A stretch of 64,000 nucleotides of DNA from an uncultured Thermoleophilia bacterium (GCA_942490795.1 CALNYH010000014.1:79957-143956), one strand, 5' to 3'. Shown: positions 40,143 to 49,534, numbered from the stretch's first letter. The notes: generated from the sequence alone by a model not told the origin. Translations and numbers: made by a program.

Positions 40143-40251
40143 TCGTCGGCCGGCGCCCGGCCGCGCCCCGGCCGCGATATTCGTGCGGGCCAGTACCATC
40201 AACTGTCGGTGCCCGCGGATGGGCGCGGGGACGACGAGACGGGAGTGCACG

Positions 40252-40665
40252 GTGACCGACTTCGCAGAGATGAATGCGCGTGTCGTCGAGGAGTTCCGCG
40301 CCAACGCAGGCGTGGTCGGCGGATTCTTCGAGGGCATGCCCCTGGTGCTCCTGACGACGACCGGCGCGAAGAGCGGTGAGCCCCGGCTCACCCCGGTCGC
40401 CTGCCTCGAGGAGGACGGCGTCGTCCACGTCTTCGCCTCGAAGGCCGGAGCGCCCGACAACCCCGACTGGTACCACAACCTCAAGGCGAACCCCGAGGTC
40501 ACCGTGGAGCAGGGGACCGAGACCTACACCGCCACCGCGACCGAGGTGACCGGAACGGAGCGGGACCGGATCTACGGGGCGCTGGCGGCCAGGTTCAAGA
40601 ACTTCGCCGAGTACGAGACGATGACCGACCGGACGATCCCGGTCATCGCGCTCACGCGCAGCTGA
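40252..40665 (+). CDS. deazaflavin (F420)-dependent nitroreductase family protein
   Basis: VVEEFRANAG..., LLTTTGAKSGEPRLTPV, KAGAPDNPDWYHNLKANP. GGGAG lies 6 nt before the GTG at 40252; ATG 40270 is an alternative start. Confidence 0.8.
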   Translation: MTDFAEMNARVVEEFRANAGVVGGFFEGMPLVLLTTTGAKSGEPRLTPVACLEEDGVVHVFASKAGAPDNPDWYHNLKANPEVTVEQGTETYTATATEVTGTERDRIYGALAARFKNFAEYETMTDRTIPVIALTRS

Positions 40666-40689
40666 GCCGGAGGGCGGCCGGCGGCGTGC

Positions 40690-41466
40690 TCACCCACGCG
40701 CCGGCCGAAGGTCCACGAGCTTCACGCGGTAGCTGCGCTTGGCGGTCGCGTTGTAGAGCGTGACCGACTCGCCCTCGGCCAGGGTCACGGTGTCCGTGCC
40801 GTCGGGAAGCAGCCCGCCGTTGAGCTTGAGCTGCACCTCGCGGGCGCCGACGGCCTCGATGACGAACTGCTGGGTGTCGGGCGGGATCGAGTCTCCCTCG
40901 CGCGCCACCACCGGCTCGCCGGAGATGTCGAAGTCGGCCTCCATCGCCCGCGCAGGCTCCGGCGGCGCATCCGTCGGCCCACCCGGCTCGCCAGAGGCAC
41001 CGTCGCCGGGCTGCGCGGCGGCCGGCGGGATGCCGACGGCGCCGGGGTCGGGGACCGGTTCGCCGCTCGCCGGGACCGCAACGAGCGGCGTGGCGTCCGC
41101 CACGTCCGGAACGCTCGGAACGACTCCGCCCGGGTCGCTCGGCGCCCCACCGGTCCCCGGCTCGCCCACTCCCCCGTCCCCCTCGCCATCGGTGACCTGC
41201 TGCTCGAAATGGTCCTTCGGAGTGCCGAAGGCCTCGTAGCTCTCGAGCGTCCCCGCGCCCTCGCTCGGCGCGGCGGCGGCGCTCGCCCCGAGCGAGGCGA
41301 CCGCCTGGCCGGACGAGTCACCGGCCGCGACGCCCTGGGCCGGCGGGACGGCCGCGGTCGGGTCGTCGCCGGCGTCGCCGCCGTTGCCACCGCCACCGCC
41401 GCATCCGGCGATCGCGACGGTCGCGGCCACGAGCACCGCCGCCAGGGCGGCACGTCGCCTGATCAT
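40690..41466 (-). CDS. low-complexity lipoprotein downstream of pilO (possible PilP analogue)
   Basis: Lipobox AIAGCGGG, a long Gly/Pro/Ala/Asp-rich linker, and a beta-rich C-terminal ~80 aa. ATGA overlap with pilO. Confidence 0.6.
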   Translation of the reverse strand: MIRRRAALAAVLVAATVAIAGCGGGGGNGGDAGDDPTAAVPPAQGVAAGDSSGQAVASLGASAAAAPSEGAGTLESYEAFGTPKDHFEQQVTDGEGDGGVGEPGTGGAPSDPGGVVPSVPDVADATPLVAVPASGEPVPDPGAVGIPPAAAQPGDGASGEPGGPTDAPPEPARAMEADFDISGEPVVAREGDSIPPDTQQFVIEAVGAREVQLKLNGGLLPDGTDTVTLAEGESVTLYNATAKRSYRVKLVDLRPARG

Positions 41467-42296
41467 TGGGTCACCCCTCCACCGTTCGGCGTGGCCGTCT
41501 GCTGGTCGGCGGCGCCACCCTGCGGCGTCCCGCCGCCCCCGGTCGGGCCGGAGTCGTTCTGCGTCGAGCCGCCCTGGGTGGCGCCGGAGTCCGGCGCCGC
41601 GGCGGCGCTCCCGTCCCCCGCCGCGCCGGCGGGGTCACCGCCGACCGTCGGGCTCTGCGTGACCGTGCCGTCGGCCCCGACCGCGGGCGCCGCGCTCTCC
41701 CCGAACGCGACCACGGTCACCGTGGCGCGCACCACGTCGTTCGGGGCGAGTTGGGTGCCGGGTGAGGCGCCGCTTCCCAGCTGCGCCTCGAGGCCGATGT
41801 CCACCTTCGTCGTGGCGTACAGGCGGCCCTCGATGTCCGGGCTGTCGCCACGGTCGAGCTCGACCTGCGAATGGATCCGATAGAGGAAGTCGTCCACGTT
41901 GTAGAAGCGCCCGACGATGTCGACCTCGTAGCTGGTCCCCTCGAGCGGGCCATATGCGGTCCGCGTCGTCGTCCGGACGGCGGCGAGCTCGACGCCGGAG
42001 CGGTCGGCCAGGCGCTGGAGCTCGACCACCGCGCCGGGGGTCTGGTCGCTCACGGGCACGGCCTTGGCAAGCCAGAGGCGCTCGACCGTCTTGGCCGTGT
42101 GGCTCTCCGTGGAGGCGGACAGTCGTGCCACCTCGTCGTTGCGCTGGCCGACCTCGGCCTCCACGGCCGCGAGCTGCTCCTGCTTGACGGAGACGTCGTC
42201 CTGCGCCGGGCGGATCAGGAAGTACCATCCACCCGCGACCACCGCCGCGGTGAGGACGACCAGCAGCAGGATCTTGTCGCGATGCGAAAGGCTCAC
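41463..42296 (-). CDS. pilO: type IV pilus assembly protein PilO
   Basis: N-terminal TM (ILLLVVLTAAVVAGGWYFLIRP), a coiled coil, then a ferredoxin-like domain with a low-complexity tail. GTGA overlap with pilN. Confidence 0.75.
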   Translation of the reverse strand: MSLSHRDKILLLVVLTAAVVAGGWYFLIRPAQDDVSVKQEQLAAVEAEVGQRNDEVARLSASTESHTAKTVERLWLAKAVPVSDQTPGAVVELQRLADRSGVELAAVRTTTRTAYGPLEGTSYEVDIVGRFYNVDDFLYRIHSQVELDRGDSPDIEGRLYATTKVDIGLEAQLGSGASPGTQLAPNDVVRATVTVVAFGESAAPAVGADGTVTQSPTVGGDPAGAAGDGSAAAAPDSGATQGGSTQNDSGPTGGGGTPQGGAADQQTATPNGGGVTQ

Positions 42297-42985
42297 AGGG
42301 TCCCTCCTTGCTCACCCGAGGCCGCGGGCGCGCCCGCCGGGTCGGTGGGGCCGGGCACCGGCTCCAGCGTCGCGCGGTCCTGGGCGCGCTTGTCGATCGG
42401 CGCGTCGATCACGAACCGGACGACCTTGCGCCCGCCACGCCGCTCCACCTCGCTCGTCGTCAGCTGAGCGGGTCCCAGTCCGGGAACCACCTTCATGCGA
42501 GCGATCAGCTGGGCCACCTGGGGCTGCGTGTAGGCGAACCCCTCGATGTGGAGGCCTTTGGGCGTCGTCAACTGGCCGCCGGGCGTCGCGGCCGCCGCGG
42601 CCGCCGCGGCGTCCGGGGCTTCGGCCCGAACCGTGTCCAGCCAAACCGTGCGCGGCACGACCGCGGCCGTCCCGCGGATGACCCGCTCCCAGTTGACCCG
42701 CCCCGAGGTCAGGCTGACCACGGTGCCGCGCTTGACGTCCTGGGCCGCGTAGCGCTCGCGCGCCGCACGATACGCGCCAAGCTGCTGGTCGAGCTGGTCG
42801 CGCTCGGCGGTCGCCGTCGCGATCTGGGCGTCGAGGCTCGCCGACTCACTGTGGATGCTCCACCCCCAGTAGCCGAGTCCACCGACCAGCACGACGGCGC
42901 CGACCGCGATGAGGGGGGCCTTGCCGCCACCGAACGGTCGGCGCCCGCCCCGCCCGCCGTCGGGAAGGAGGTTGACCGGCCTCAT
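42293..42985 (-). CDS. pilN: type IV pilus assembly protein PilN
   Basis: MRPVNLLP N-terminus, a single TM and a coiled coil. ATGA overlap with pilM. Confidence 0.8.
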   Translation of the reverse strand: MRPVNLLPDGGRGGRRPFGGGKAPLIAVGAVVLVGGLGYWGWSIHSESASLDAQIATATAERDQLDQQLGAYRAARERYAAQDVKRGTVVSLTSGRVNWERVIRGTAAVVPRTVWLDTVRAEAPDAAAAAAAATPGGQLTTPKGLHIEGFAYTQPQVAQLIARMKVVPGLGPAQLTTSEVERRGGRKVVRFVIDAPIDKRAQDRATLEPVPGPTDPAGAPAASGEQGGTL

Positions 42986-44055
42986 CGCCCGCTCCCCTCG
43001 TCCAGGGCCAGCCCGACGGCCACGGCCGCGCGGGCCGCGACGTCGTGCTCGACCGGGATGCCGCCGTCGATGTGGCGCATCGGGTTTCCGATCTCCACCG
43101 GCACTCCGGTCGCCTGGCGCATGTACCGGTCGAGACCGGCGCACAGGCTGGTGCCGCCGGCGAGCACGATGCGGTCGATCGGGCGGGCGAAGGGCTGGTC
43201 GCGGAAGTAGTCGATCGAGCGGGAGACCTCGCGCACGAGCGGCCGGCACGCCAGGGCGAGCGCGTGGCGGACCTCGGCGACCGTGTCGGGGTCCCATCCC
43301 TCGAGCGGCTCTCCGAGCAGGCCGCAGGCCACCTTGACCGCCTCGGCCTCAGGGATCGGAAGACCCGTGCGGTCGGAGACGGCCTTGGTCAGGTTCCCGC
43401 CCCCGAAACCGACGAGGCGCGTGAACAGACACTTCTGTTCGACAGCGACGATCACGTTGGTGACCTCGGCGCCGACGTGCACGACCACCTGCGCCGGCAG
43501 GTCGCGCGATCCCTCGTCGACCACCGAGGGCGGCGGGAGGAGCGCGCGAAGGAGCGCGAACGCCTCGAGGTCGAGACCCACCGGCCGGAGTCCCGCGCTT
43601 CGCAACACCGCGACACGGTCGTCGACCATGGCGCGGTGTGCCGCGACCACGACCACCCGGTCCCGGGTGCCGTCGTCGTCGTCGAAGCGCATCACCGGCT
43701 GGAAGTCGACGACGGCCTGGTCGGTCGGGATGGGGAGCTACTCGGCCGCCTCGAACTCGACCGCCGCGCGCAACTCCTTGGGGTCGTCGAGCGCCGGCAG
43801 CTCCATCAACCGGAGCACGACCCGCTGGTTGGCAACGCCGAGGCGTACGCGCCGGCCGGAGAATCTGGCCGCGCGCCACACCCGCTTGAGCTCCGCGGCG
43901 AGCGCGTCGGGCTGCACGATCTCGCCGTCGTGGACGAGCCCGGCGGGGATCGGCTCCACCGCGGCCCTGGTCAGCGTGACGCGGTCGCGGGTCAGCTTCA
44001 TCTCGACGCCGGCCACGGCGCTCGAGCCGATGTCGAGGGCGACGATCGTGCTCAT
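42982..44055 (-). pseudogene. pilM: type IV pilus assembly ATPase-like protein PilM, interrupted by an in-frame TAG at 43738-43740
   Basis: ORFs 43738..44055 and 42982..43695 are in the same frame. Read-through gives ...AVEFEAAE*LPIPTDQAVVDFQPV..., where a Tyr is expected. Actin-like fold motifs IVALDIGSS and LAGGTS are present. Confidence 0.8.
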
Positions 44056-44103
44056 CGGGGGTCACCTTGCGGGTTTGGGCACGGAGGCACGGGAGGGCTC
44101 CTT

Positions 44104-44886
44104 CTAGAGGGCGAAGCTGTCGAGGTACCAGCCGATCATCGGCGGCCCCCACCAGAGGGCGACGAGGGCACCCGCCGCCATGAACGGTCCGAACGGCACC
44201 GCCATCTTTCGGGCACGGCCGCCGAACCTGGCCAACAGCACGACGCCGAGCAGGCCGCCGAGCGCGAACGCGACGAAGAGCGCCGGGATCACCGATGCGC
44301 CGAGCACGGCCCCCATGAGGAGCGCGAGCTTCACGTCGCCGAGCCCCATGCCGCCCGGGTGGGCGATCCAGAGCACGAACAGGAACGCCGCGGCACCGAG
44401 CGCCGAGGCGACCGCGACCCACCACCGCGAGGGGTCGGAGGCGATCGCGGCGAACAGGCCGATGGCCGCGGCCGGGAGAACCAGGATGTCGGGTATCAAC
44501 TGGTGCTCGAGGTCGATGGCGACGACCGGCACGAGCACCACCGCGAGGACCGCGGCGGCGGCACCCTGCCAGGTCGCGCCGAAGGTGAGGACCGCGGCCG
44601 CGGCGAGCAGCCCGCAGGCGAGCTCGATCACCGGGTAGCGCCAGCCGATCGACGTGGCGCACGACCGGCAACGCCCCCGCTGGGCGAGGAACGAGACGAC
44701 CGGCACAAGCTCGTGCGGGCGCAGGCGATGCTCGCACCGCGGACAGTGCGAGCCGGGCCGAAGGAGTGACTCGCCCCGAGGCCAGCGCGCGGCCGCCACG
44801 GTCGCGAACGACCCGAAGCAGAGGCCGAGCAGCCCGGCGACGACGGCCCAGTACCAGGTCGGCGCCGCTGCGAGTCCGTCGATCAC
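44104..44886 (-). CDS. pilD: prepilin peptidase (A24 family)
   Basis: HCPRCEHRL...CRSCATSI zinc motif and catalytic Asp contexts LIPD and GMGLGDVKL. GTGA overlap with the upstream gene. Confidence 0.9.
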   Translation of the reverse strand: MIDGLAAAPTWYWAVVAGLLGLCFGSFATVAAARWPRGESLLRPGSHCPRCEHRLRPHELVPVVSFLAQRGRCRSCATSIGWRYPVIELACGLLAAAAVLTFGATWQGAAAAVLAVVLVPVVAIDLEHQLIPDILVLPAAAIGLFAAIASDPSRWWVAVASALGAAAFLFVLWIAHPGGMGLGDVKLALLMGAVLGASVIPALFVAFALGGLLGVVLLARFGGRARKMAVPFGPFMAAGALVALWWGPPMIGWYLDSFAL

Positions 44887-47757
44887 CGGCCGCCGCCCCG
44901 GACGACGAACCGGTCGTAGACGAACAGGCCGGACCGGCGGCTGGTTCCGTTGCCGAGTCGCTGCCGCTTGTCCTGCGGGACGAAGAGGCGGACGCGGTAC
45001 CTGCCCGGCGCGAGCTTCGCCCTCACGCGGACCCCGAAGCGGGTCTTCCTGGGCTTGACCTTCTTGATGGTCTCCCACCCGTCCGAGCCCAGGATCTGGA
45101 TCTGGCCCGGCCGGCGCGGGAAGATCGACCCGGTCAGCTTGAGCTTGCGGTTGCGCACCACGCGCTTCTTGTCGAGCTTGAGGGTGACGCGCGGCGTGAC
45201 GGTGACGGCGAACGGGGCCTGGCCGCGGATCCCCTCCTCGGGGGCGATCGGGCGGGCCGTGGCGCGACGGACGATCGGCGCCGACCGGGCGACGCGCACG
45301 GCCGTCTCCTTCTTGGCCTTCGGCGTCGTCCTCTTCGCGGGCTTCTTCTTGGCCTTCGCGGGGGCCTTCTTCTTCGGCTTGGGCTTGGCCTTCTTCTTCG
45401 GCTTGGCCTTGGCCGCCGGACCGAGGAGGCGCTCGGTCGTCGCGTCGTCGCGCCAGACGACCCTCCAAGACGCGCTGGAGCGCATCGGGAGGCTGAACGC
45501 GAACCGGCCTCGGGCATCGGTCCTGACCGTGCCGTAGATGCGGTGGACCGGATCCTTGAGGAACCGGCGCTCCACCGCGAGCCGGGCCTTCTTGATCGGC
45601 TTGCCGTTCTGCTCGAGGCGCCCCGACACGGTCAGGCGGTACCCGTAGCGGAGCTTGGAGGGGACCGCGTTCATGTTGAAGTCGGGTGGGCGGATGCTCT
45701 TGAACGAGCGGAGCGGCGTCCACTGCCCGTACTGGCCGTCGCAGTAGTCACCGCGCACGCGCCAGTACCAGGTGCCCGGCCTGTTGATGACCGCGCCCGA
45801 GGGGGTCCACGAGGTCTGGTAGGTCGCCCGGATGTCGCCTGCGGTCGGCTGCCCGGGGGGGGTCGCCGAGCCGGACGTCCCGCCGTCGGCGGAGGGCGGG
45901 GCGATCTCGGGCGCCACCTGCTGCTCGAAGTTGCGATCGCGACGCACCTGGACCTGGTACGCGCAGGCCTGCGGCTCGGGCGACCAGCGGAGTGTCGGCG
46001 ACCCGACCACCGTCTCGCCGTCGCGCGGCGCCGCGATCTCGGGCCGCGGTCGGGTCAGCGTGAAGCTCTTGACGGGTGACCACGTCTGCCCGGTGCCGCC
46101 GCCGTCGATGGCGCGCACGCGCCAGTACCAAGTCCCCTCGGGGAGGGTCTTGTCGTCCTTGAAGCCACCCGGCGCGCCGCCGGTGCTGTAGAGCGTGGCG
46201 GACCGCAGGGTGTCGCCCGCGAACTGCGCGTCCTTGGCGAGCTGGAGCTCGTACTTCGCGGCACCGGGGACCTGGGTCCAGCTGATGGTCGGCTCCGACT
46301 GGACGAGCCCCTCGGCCGACTGGGCCGGCACGATGCGGGTCTCCTTGCGGACCGTGGCGCTCGGGACCTCCTCCTCGTACAAGCAGGTAGGCGGGCGAGT
46401 CGCCGTTGACGCCGGACCCCGGGACGACGCGCCACCAGTACCCGGTCCCGGTCTGGTTGTCCGGCAGCGGCACGCGCGAGACCCAGCCGGTCTGGTTCGT
46501 GTGGACCGACTCGAGGATCTGGTTGAAGTTCTGGTCGGCGGCGATGTCGACGCGGTAGACGCGGGCGCCCGCGACGTGGCTCCAGTTGAGCTGCGGCATG
46601 AGCGCGGAGTCACTGTCGCCGCTCGACGCGATCTGGATGGCCGCCGGAGGACGCGTCGACGTCTGGGGGTCCCACCTCCCCTTCTGGGGATAGCTCCAGC
46701 CGCCGAAGGCGCCGTCGACGCGGTGGCGCACGCGCCACCAGAAGTCGCCGTAGGTGAGGTTGCGGGCCTCGCGCTCCTTGTCGGTCGGCGCGAAACCCGT
46801 GCTCGAGGTCTCGGTGTTGATCTTCAGACAGTCGTCGCCGGTGAAGGTGTTGGCGCACTGGGTGACCTGCACCTGGTACTTCTCGGCGCCGGTGACCGGC
46901 TGCCAGCGCAGGAAGATGCTGTCGACGGCGGCGTTGTCGGCCGGTGCGACGAGCGCGGTCCGCTCCGAGGACTTCGTGAAGGGCGCGGAGGTGACCCACT
47001 GCCCCGGGTTGTCGGCGGGGTCACGCGCCCGCACGCGCCAGCGGTACACGTCGTCCGGCAGGCCGCCGCCGGCCCCCGCCGTGATGAGCGCGGTGTGCAT
47101 GTGGCGCGCGAAGAAGGTCGGCGTCGCGAACTTGTCGGAGGGCGCCAGGTCGACCTCGTACTCCTTGGCGCCCGGAAGGGGGTCCCACCGCATGAACGGA
47201 TTCAGGCGCATCGACGACACGGCGGGACCGAGCGGGTCGGCGCGGGTCTGGAGCCCCCCGATCCGGTTGGGCCAGGTCTTGACGAACTGGGCGGCGTCGC
47301 TCGGGAGTCCCCGCGTGCCGGCCTTGTCGATCGCGACCACTCGCCACCAGTACGTGCCGTCGGGCAGGAGCACCTCGGGGACCAGCGATGCCTGATCGGT
47401 GGTCGTGCGGTACATGATCCGGCTGAAACCCGGGTTCGAGGCGATCTCGACCTCGTAGTCCAACGCGCCGGCGACCCCGGCCCAGGTCAGCGCGACGGGC
47501 TCACGCGGGTACTCGAACGGATCCGTGACCTGGTTGGGCGTCAACGCGATCGGCCTGCTGGCGAGACGGTTCGCCCGGAACGGCGACTTGGCGTTCGTGA
47601 GCGCCGGGATCAACGGGGTCCGGGCGTCGGCAGCGCCCTCGGGCGGCGTCTCGCCGGGCGTCGTCGTCGGGGCGTTCGGGGCCCCGACGCCCTCCGGCTG
47701 CGCCGAGATCGCGGCGGCGGGCGTCAGGCCGATGGCCAAGGCGATCACGGGCACCAT
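44883..47757 (-). pseudogene. secreted ~955-aa protein with six FN3-like repeats, a Lys/Pro/Ala tract and basic beta-sandwich C-terminal domains; frameshifted near 46380-46386
   Basis: Frame of ORF 45748..47943 is protein-like from the signal peptide MVPVIALAIGLTPAAAISAQ to ...GDSPAYL. The frame of ORF 44883..46613 is protein-like from LYEEEVPSATV onward. Elsewhere each frame is Arg-rich junk. Confidence 0.7.
45363..45410. repeat. 24-nt in-frame tandem duplication (23/24 identical) inside the Lys-rich tract
   Basis: ggccttcttcttcggcttgggctt (45363-45386) is followed by ggccttcttcttcggcttggcctt (45387-45410). On the minus strand this encodes the AKPKKKAKPKPKKKAPAK region. Confidence 0.8.
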
Positions 47758-48026
47758 CGCCCGTGAGACTAGGCGCGGGCTCGTCACGAGAGGCTGACGT
47801 CGCGCGCCGAGTTCGTCGCGGGACGACAACGGGTCACGTGCGGCAAGGGAGCTGGGCACAATCGCGTCCTTGCGTCGGGATCCGTCAACGAGGCGGCGGG
47901 CACCGCGCGCCTCGTCTCTTGTGTCGGCCGGCGGGCACCGCATCGTGAGGGGTGGATGCGTGATCGAGGCCGCCGAAACCGCCGATCGGGGCGTCGCATC
48001 ACGACGCGCGATCGGCCGCCGAACGA

Positions 48027-48054
48027 CGAGGGCCCGCTCGGAAGCGGGCCCTCG
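48027..48054 (-). terminator. strong hairpin 25 nt downstream of pilA (terminator or attenuator)
   Basis: cgagggcccgc (48027-48037) pairs perfectly with gcgggccctcg (48044-48054) around a 6-nt loop, giving an 11-bp GC-rich stem. The U-tract on the minus strand is weak (GUCGUUCGG). Confidence 0.5.
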
Positions 48055-48078
48055 AGGTCCTGCGCGTGCGGTACCCGG

Positions 48079-48507
48079 CTACCAGGTACAGCCCGCCCCA
48101 CAGGTCCGAGTCGTGGTCGGACGTGCGGTGATGTTCTTGGTGAGGGTGAAGACCTTGCCCGAGCGGCTGGTCGACGACAGCGTGTAGCCGTTGCCGTTCG
48201 GGGTGAAGACCACCTGGTTGGACGAGGCCGCGCCGGCGGCGTCGATGTCGATGTTCGGCTCGATGGCCTCGACGGCGGCGGCGGTGATCGTCGCGTAGTT
48301 CTGGGTGTCGGCGTAGGCCGCCTCGACCGCTGTCGAGCTGTTCCGGACGAGGGACTTGGCCGCGGCGTCGTTGGCCTTGTCGCGCTGACCGAGGAACGCC
48401 GGGATGGCGATCGCGGCCAGGAGGCCGATGATGATCACCACGACCAGGAGCTCGATGAGCGTGAAGCCCTTCTGCTCCCGGGCACGGCGACGGAGTCGCT
48501 GGAGCAC
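48079..48507 (-). CDS. pilA: type IV major pilin
   Basis: Prepilin leader plus cleavage motif ...REQKG/FTLIELLVVVIIIGLLAAIAIPAF and a C-terminal Cys pair (TCGAGC). AAGGAG lies 8 nt upstream of the GTG at 48507. Confidence 0.85.
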   Translation of the reverse strand: MLQRLRRRAREQKGFTLIELLVVVIIIGLLAAIAIPAFLGQRDKANDAAAKSLVRNSSTAVEAAYADTQNYATITAAAVEAIEPNIDIDAAGAASSNQVVFTPNGNGYTLSSTSRSGKVFTLTKNITARPTTTRTCGAGCTW

Positions 48508-48717
48508 GTGTGGCTCTCCTTGATGAGGACGATGGACGACCGCTGGACCTGGTGGCGCGGGCACCGTGGCGACCGTTGGGTCACCCCCATGTCGCGGGGT
48601 CAGGTCTTCAATCGGGACGTTGTGGGTCGACCCTTGATGCCTCTACTGCACCGTGCGTGAGGCCGCGCGCGCCGCGTCGGTCGTGCGCCCGGGCGGCGCG
48701 CCGGGCACAATGGCCGC

Positions 48718-49227
48718 ATGCCTGATCGTTTCCGCGTCGTCACGGACGGTGCCTGCTCGGGAAACGGGACCGCCGACGCCAGGGGCGGCTGGGCGGCCAT
48801 CCTCACCGCCCCGGACGGCGCCGAGGAGGTCCTGAGCGGCGGTGCACGGGGCACGACCAACAACCGCATGGAGCTCACCGCCGCGATCGAGGGGCTCGCC
48901 GCCACCCCCGAGGGCGCGGCGGTGGAGCTCGTGACGGACTCCGCCTACGTCGCCAACGCGATCCGCGAGCGCTGGTTCGACGGATGGCGGCGGCGATCGT
49001 GGCGCACGTCCTCGCGCCAGCCGGTCGCCAACCGCGACCTGTGGGAGCTTCTGATCGAGGAGCTCGGGCGGCGGGAGGTGACGCCGACGCTCGTCAAGGG
49101 GCATGCCGGTCACCCCGAGAACGAGCGCGCCGACAAGCTGGCACAGGCGGCCGCTATCGACCCCCCCGAGGGGGGCGCGGCCCGCCACCGACCCGACGAG
49201 CAGCTGGGCTTCAGCCTGTTCGACTGA
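48718..49227 (+). CDS. rnhA: ribonuclease HI
   Basis: VVTDGACSGN, TNNRMELTA, VTDSAYV, GHAGHPENERADKLA (DEDD catalytic contexts). Confidence 0.9.
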   Translation: MPDRFRVVTDGACSGNGTADARGGWAAILTAPDGAEEVLSGGARGTTNNRMELTAAIEGLAATPEGAAVELVTDSAYVANAIRERWFDGWRRRSWRTSSRQPVANRDLWELLIEELGRREVTPTLVKGHAGHPENERADKLAQAAAIDPPEGGAARHRPDEQLGFSLFD

Positions 49228-49360
49228 CCGCCGGTGGCGGCCCCGAACGGCGGCGGCGCGACATGGGGCGACCCCGGGGCCACCGACCGATCGCCGCGCG
49301 GGATCCGGCCCAGAGCGACGGCCCGGCCGTCACCGGCCGGGCCGTTCGCGCGCCGTCGCG

Positions 49361-49534
49361 CTAGCGCTCGGTGTGCTCGGCCTCGCGGATCTCCGGCGTC
49401 GGGCCCTTGGTCACCTCCTCGCCGTCTTCCGAGTGGCCCTCGGCGCGGCGGATCTCGGGCGTCGGGCCCGCGGTGAGGTCGTCCTCGTGCTTCTTGTCCT
49501 TCTCACGCTGCTTGTCGTCCATTACCGCCTCCAT
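49361..49534 (-). CDS. small highly charged protein with an internal duplication
   Basis: 57 aa: MEAVMDDKQREKDKKHEDDLTAGPTPEIRRAEGHSEDGEEVTKGPTPEIREAEHTER. The repeat is GPTPEIRxAE. The rest of the 309-aa ORF is junk. Confidence 0.45.
   Translation of the reverse strand: MEAVMDDKQREKDKKHEDDLTAGPTPEIRRAEGHSEDGEEVTKGPTPEIREAEHTER

Noticed and set aside
47888-47915. 8-bp perfect hairpin (acgaggcg / cgcctcgt) followed by ctcttgtgt on the plus strand, in the pilA to FN3-gene spacer.
   Set aside because: No plus-strand gene ends there. On the coding (minus) strand it lacks a U-tract. It may be a leader structure of the downstream gene, but there is no supporting evidence.
48508-48717. Sigma-54 type promoter upstream of pilA (GG-N10-GC at about 125 nt from the start: cGGtgcagtagagGCa on the minus strand).
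   Set aside because: Only the GG/GC dinucleotides match the TGGCACG-N4-TTGCA consensus, and no sigma-54 activator gene is nearby. Too weak to call.
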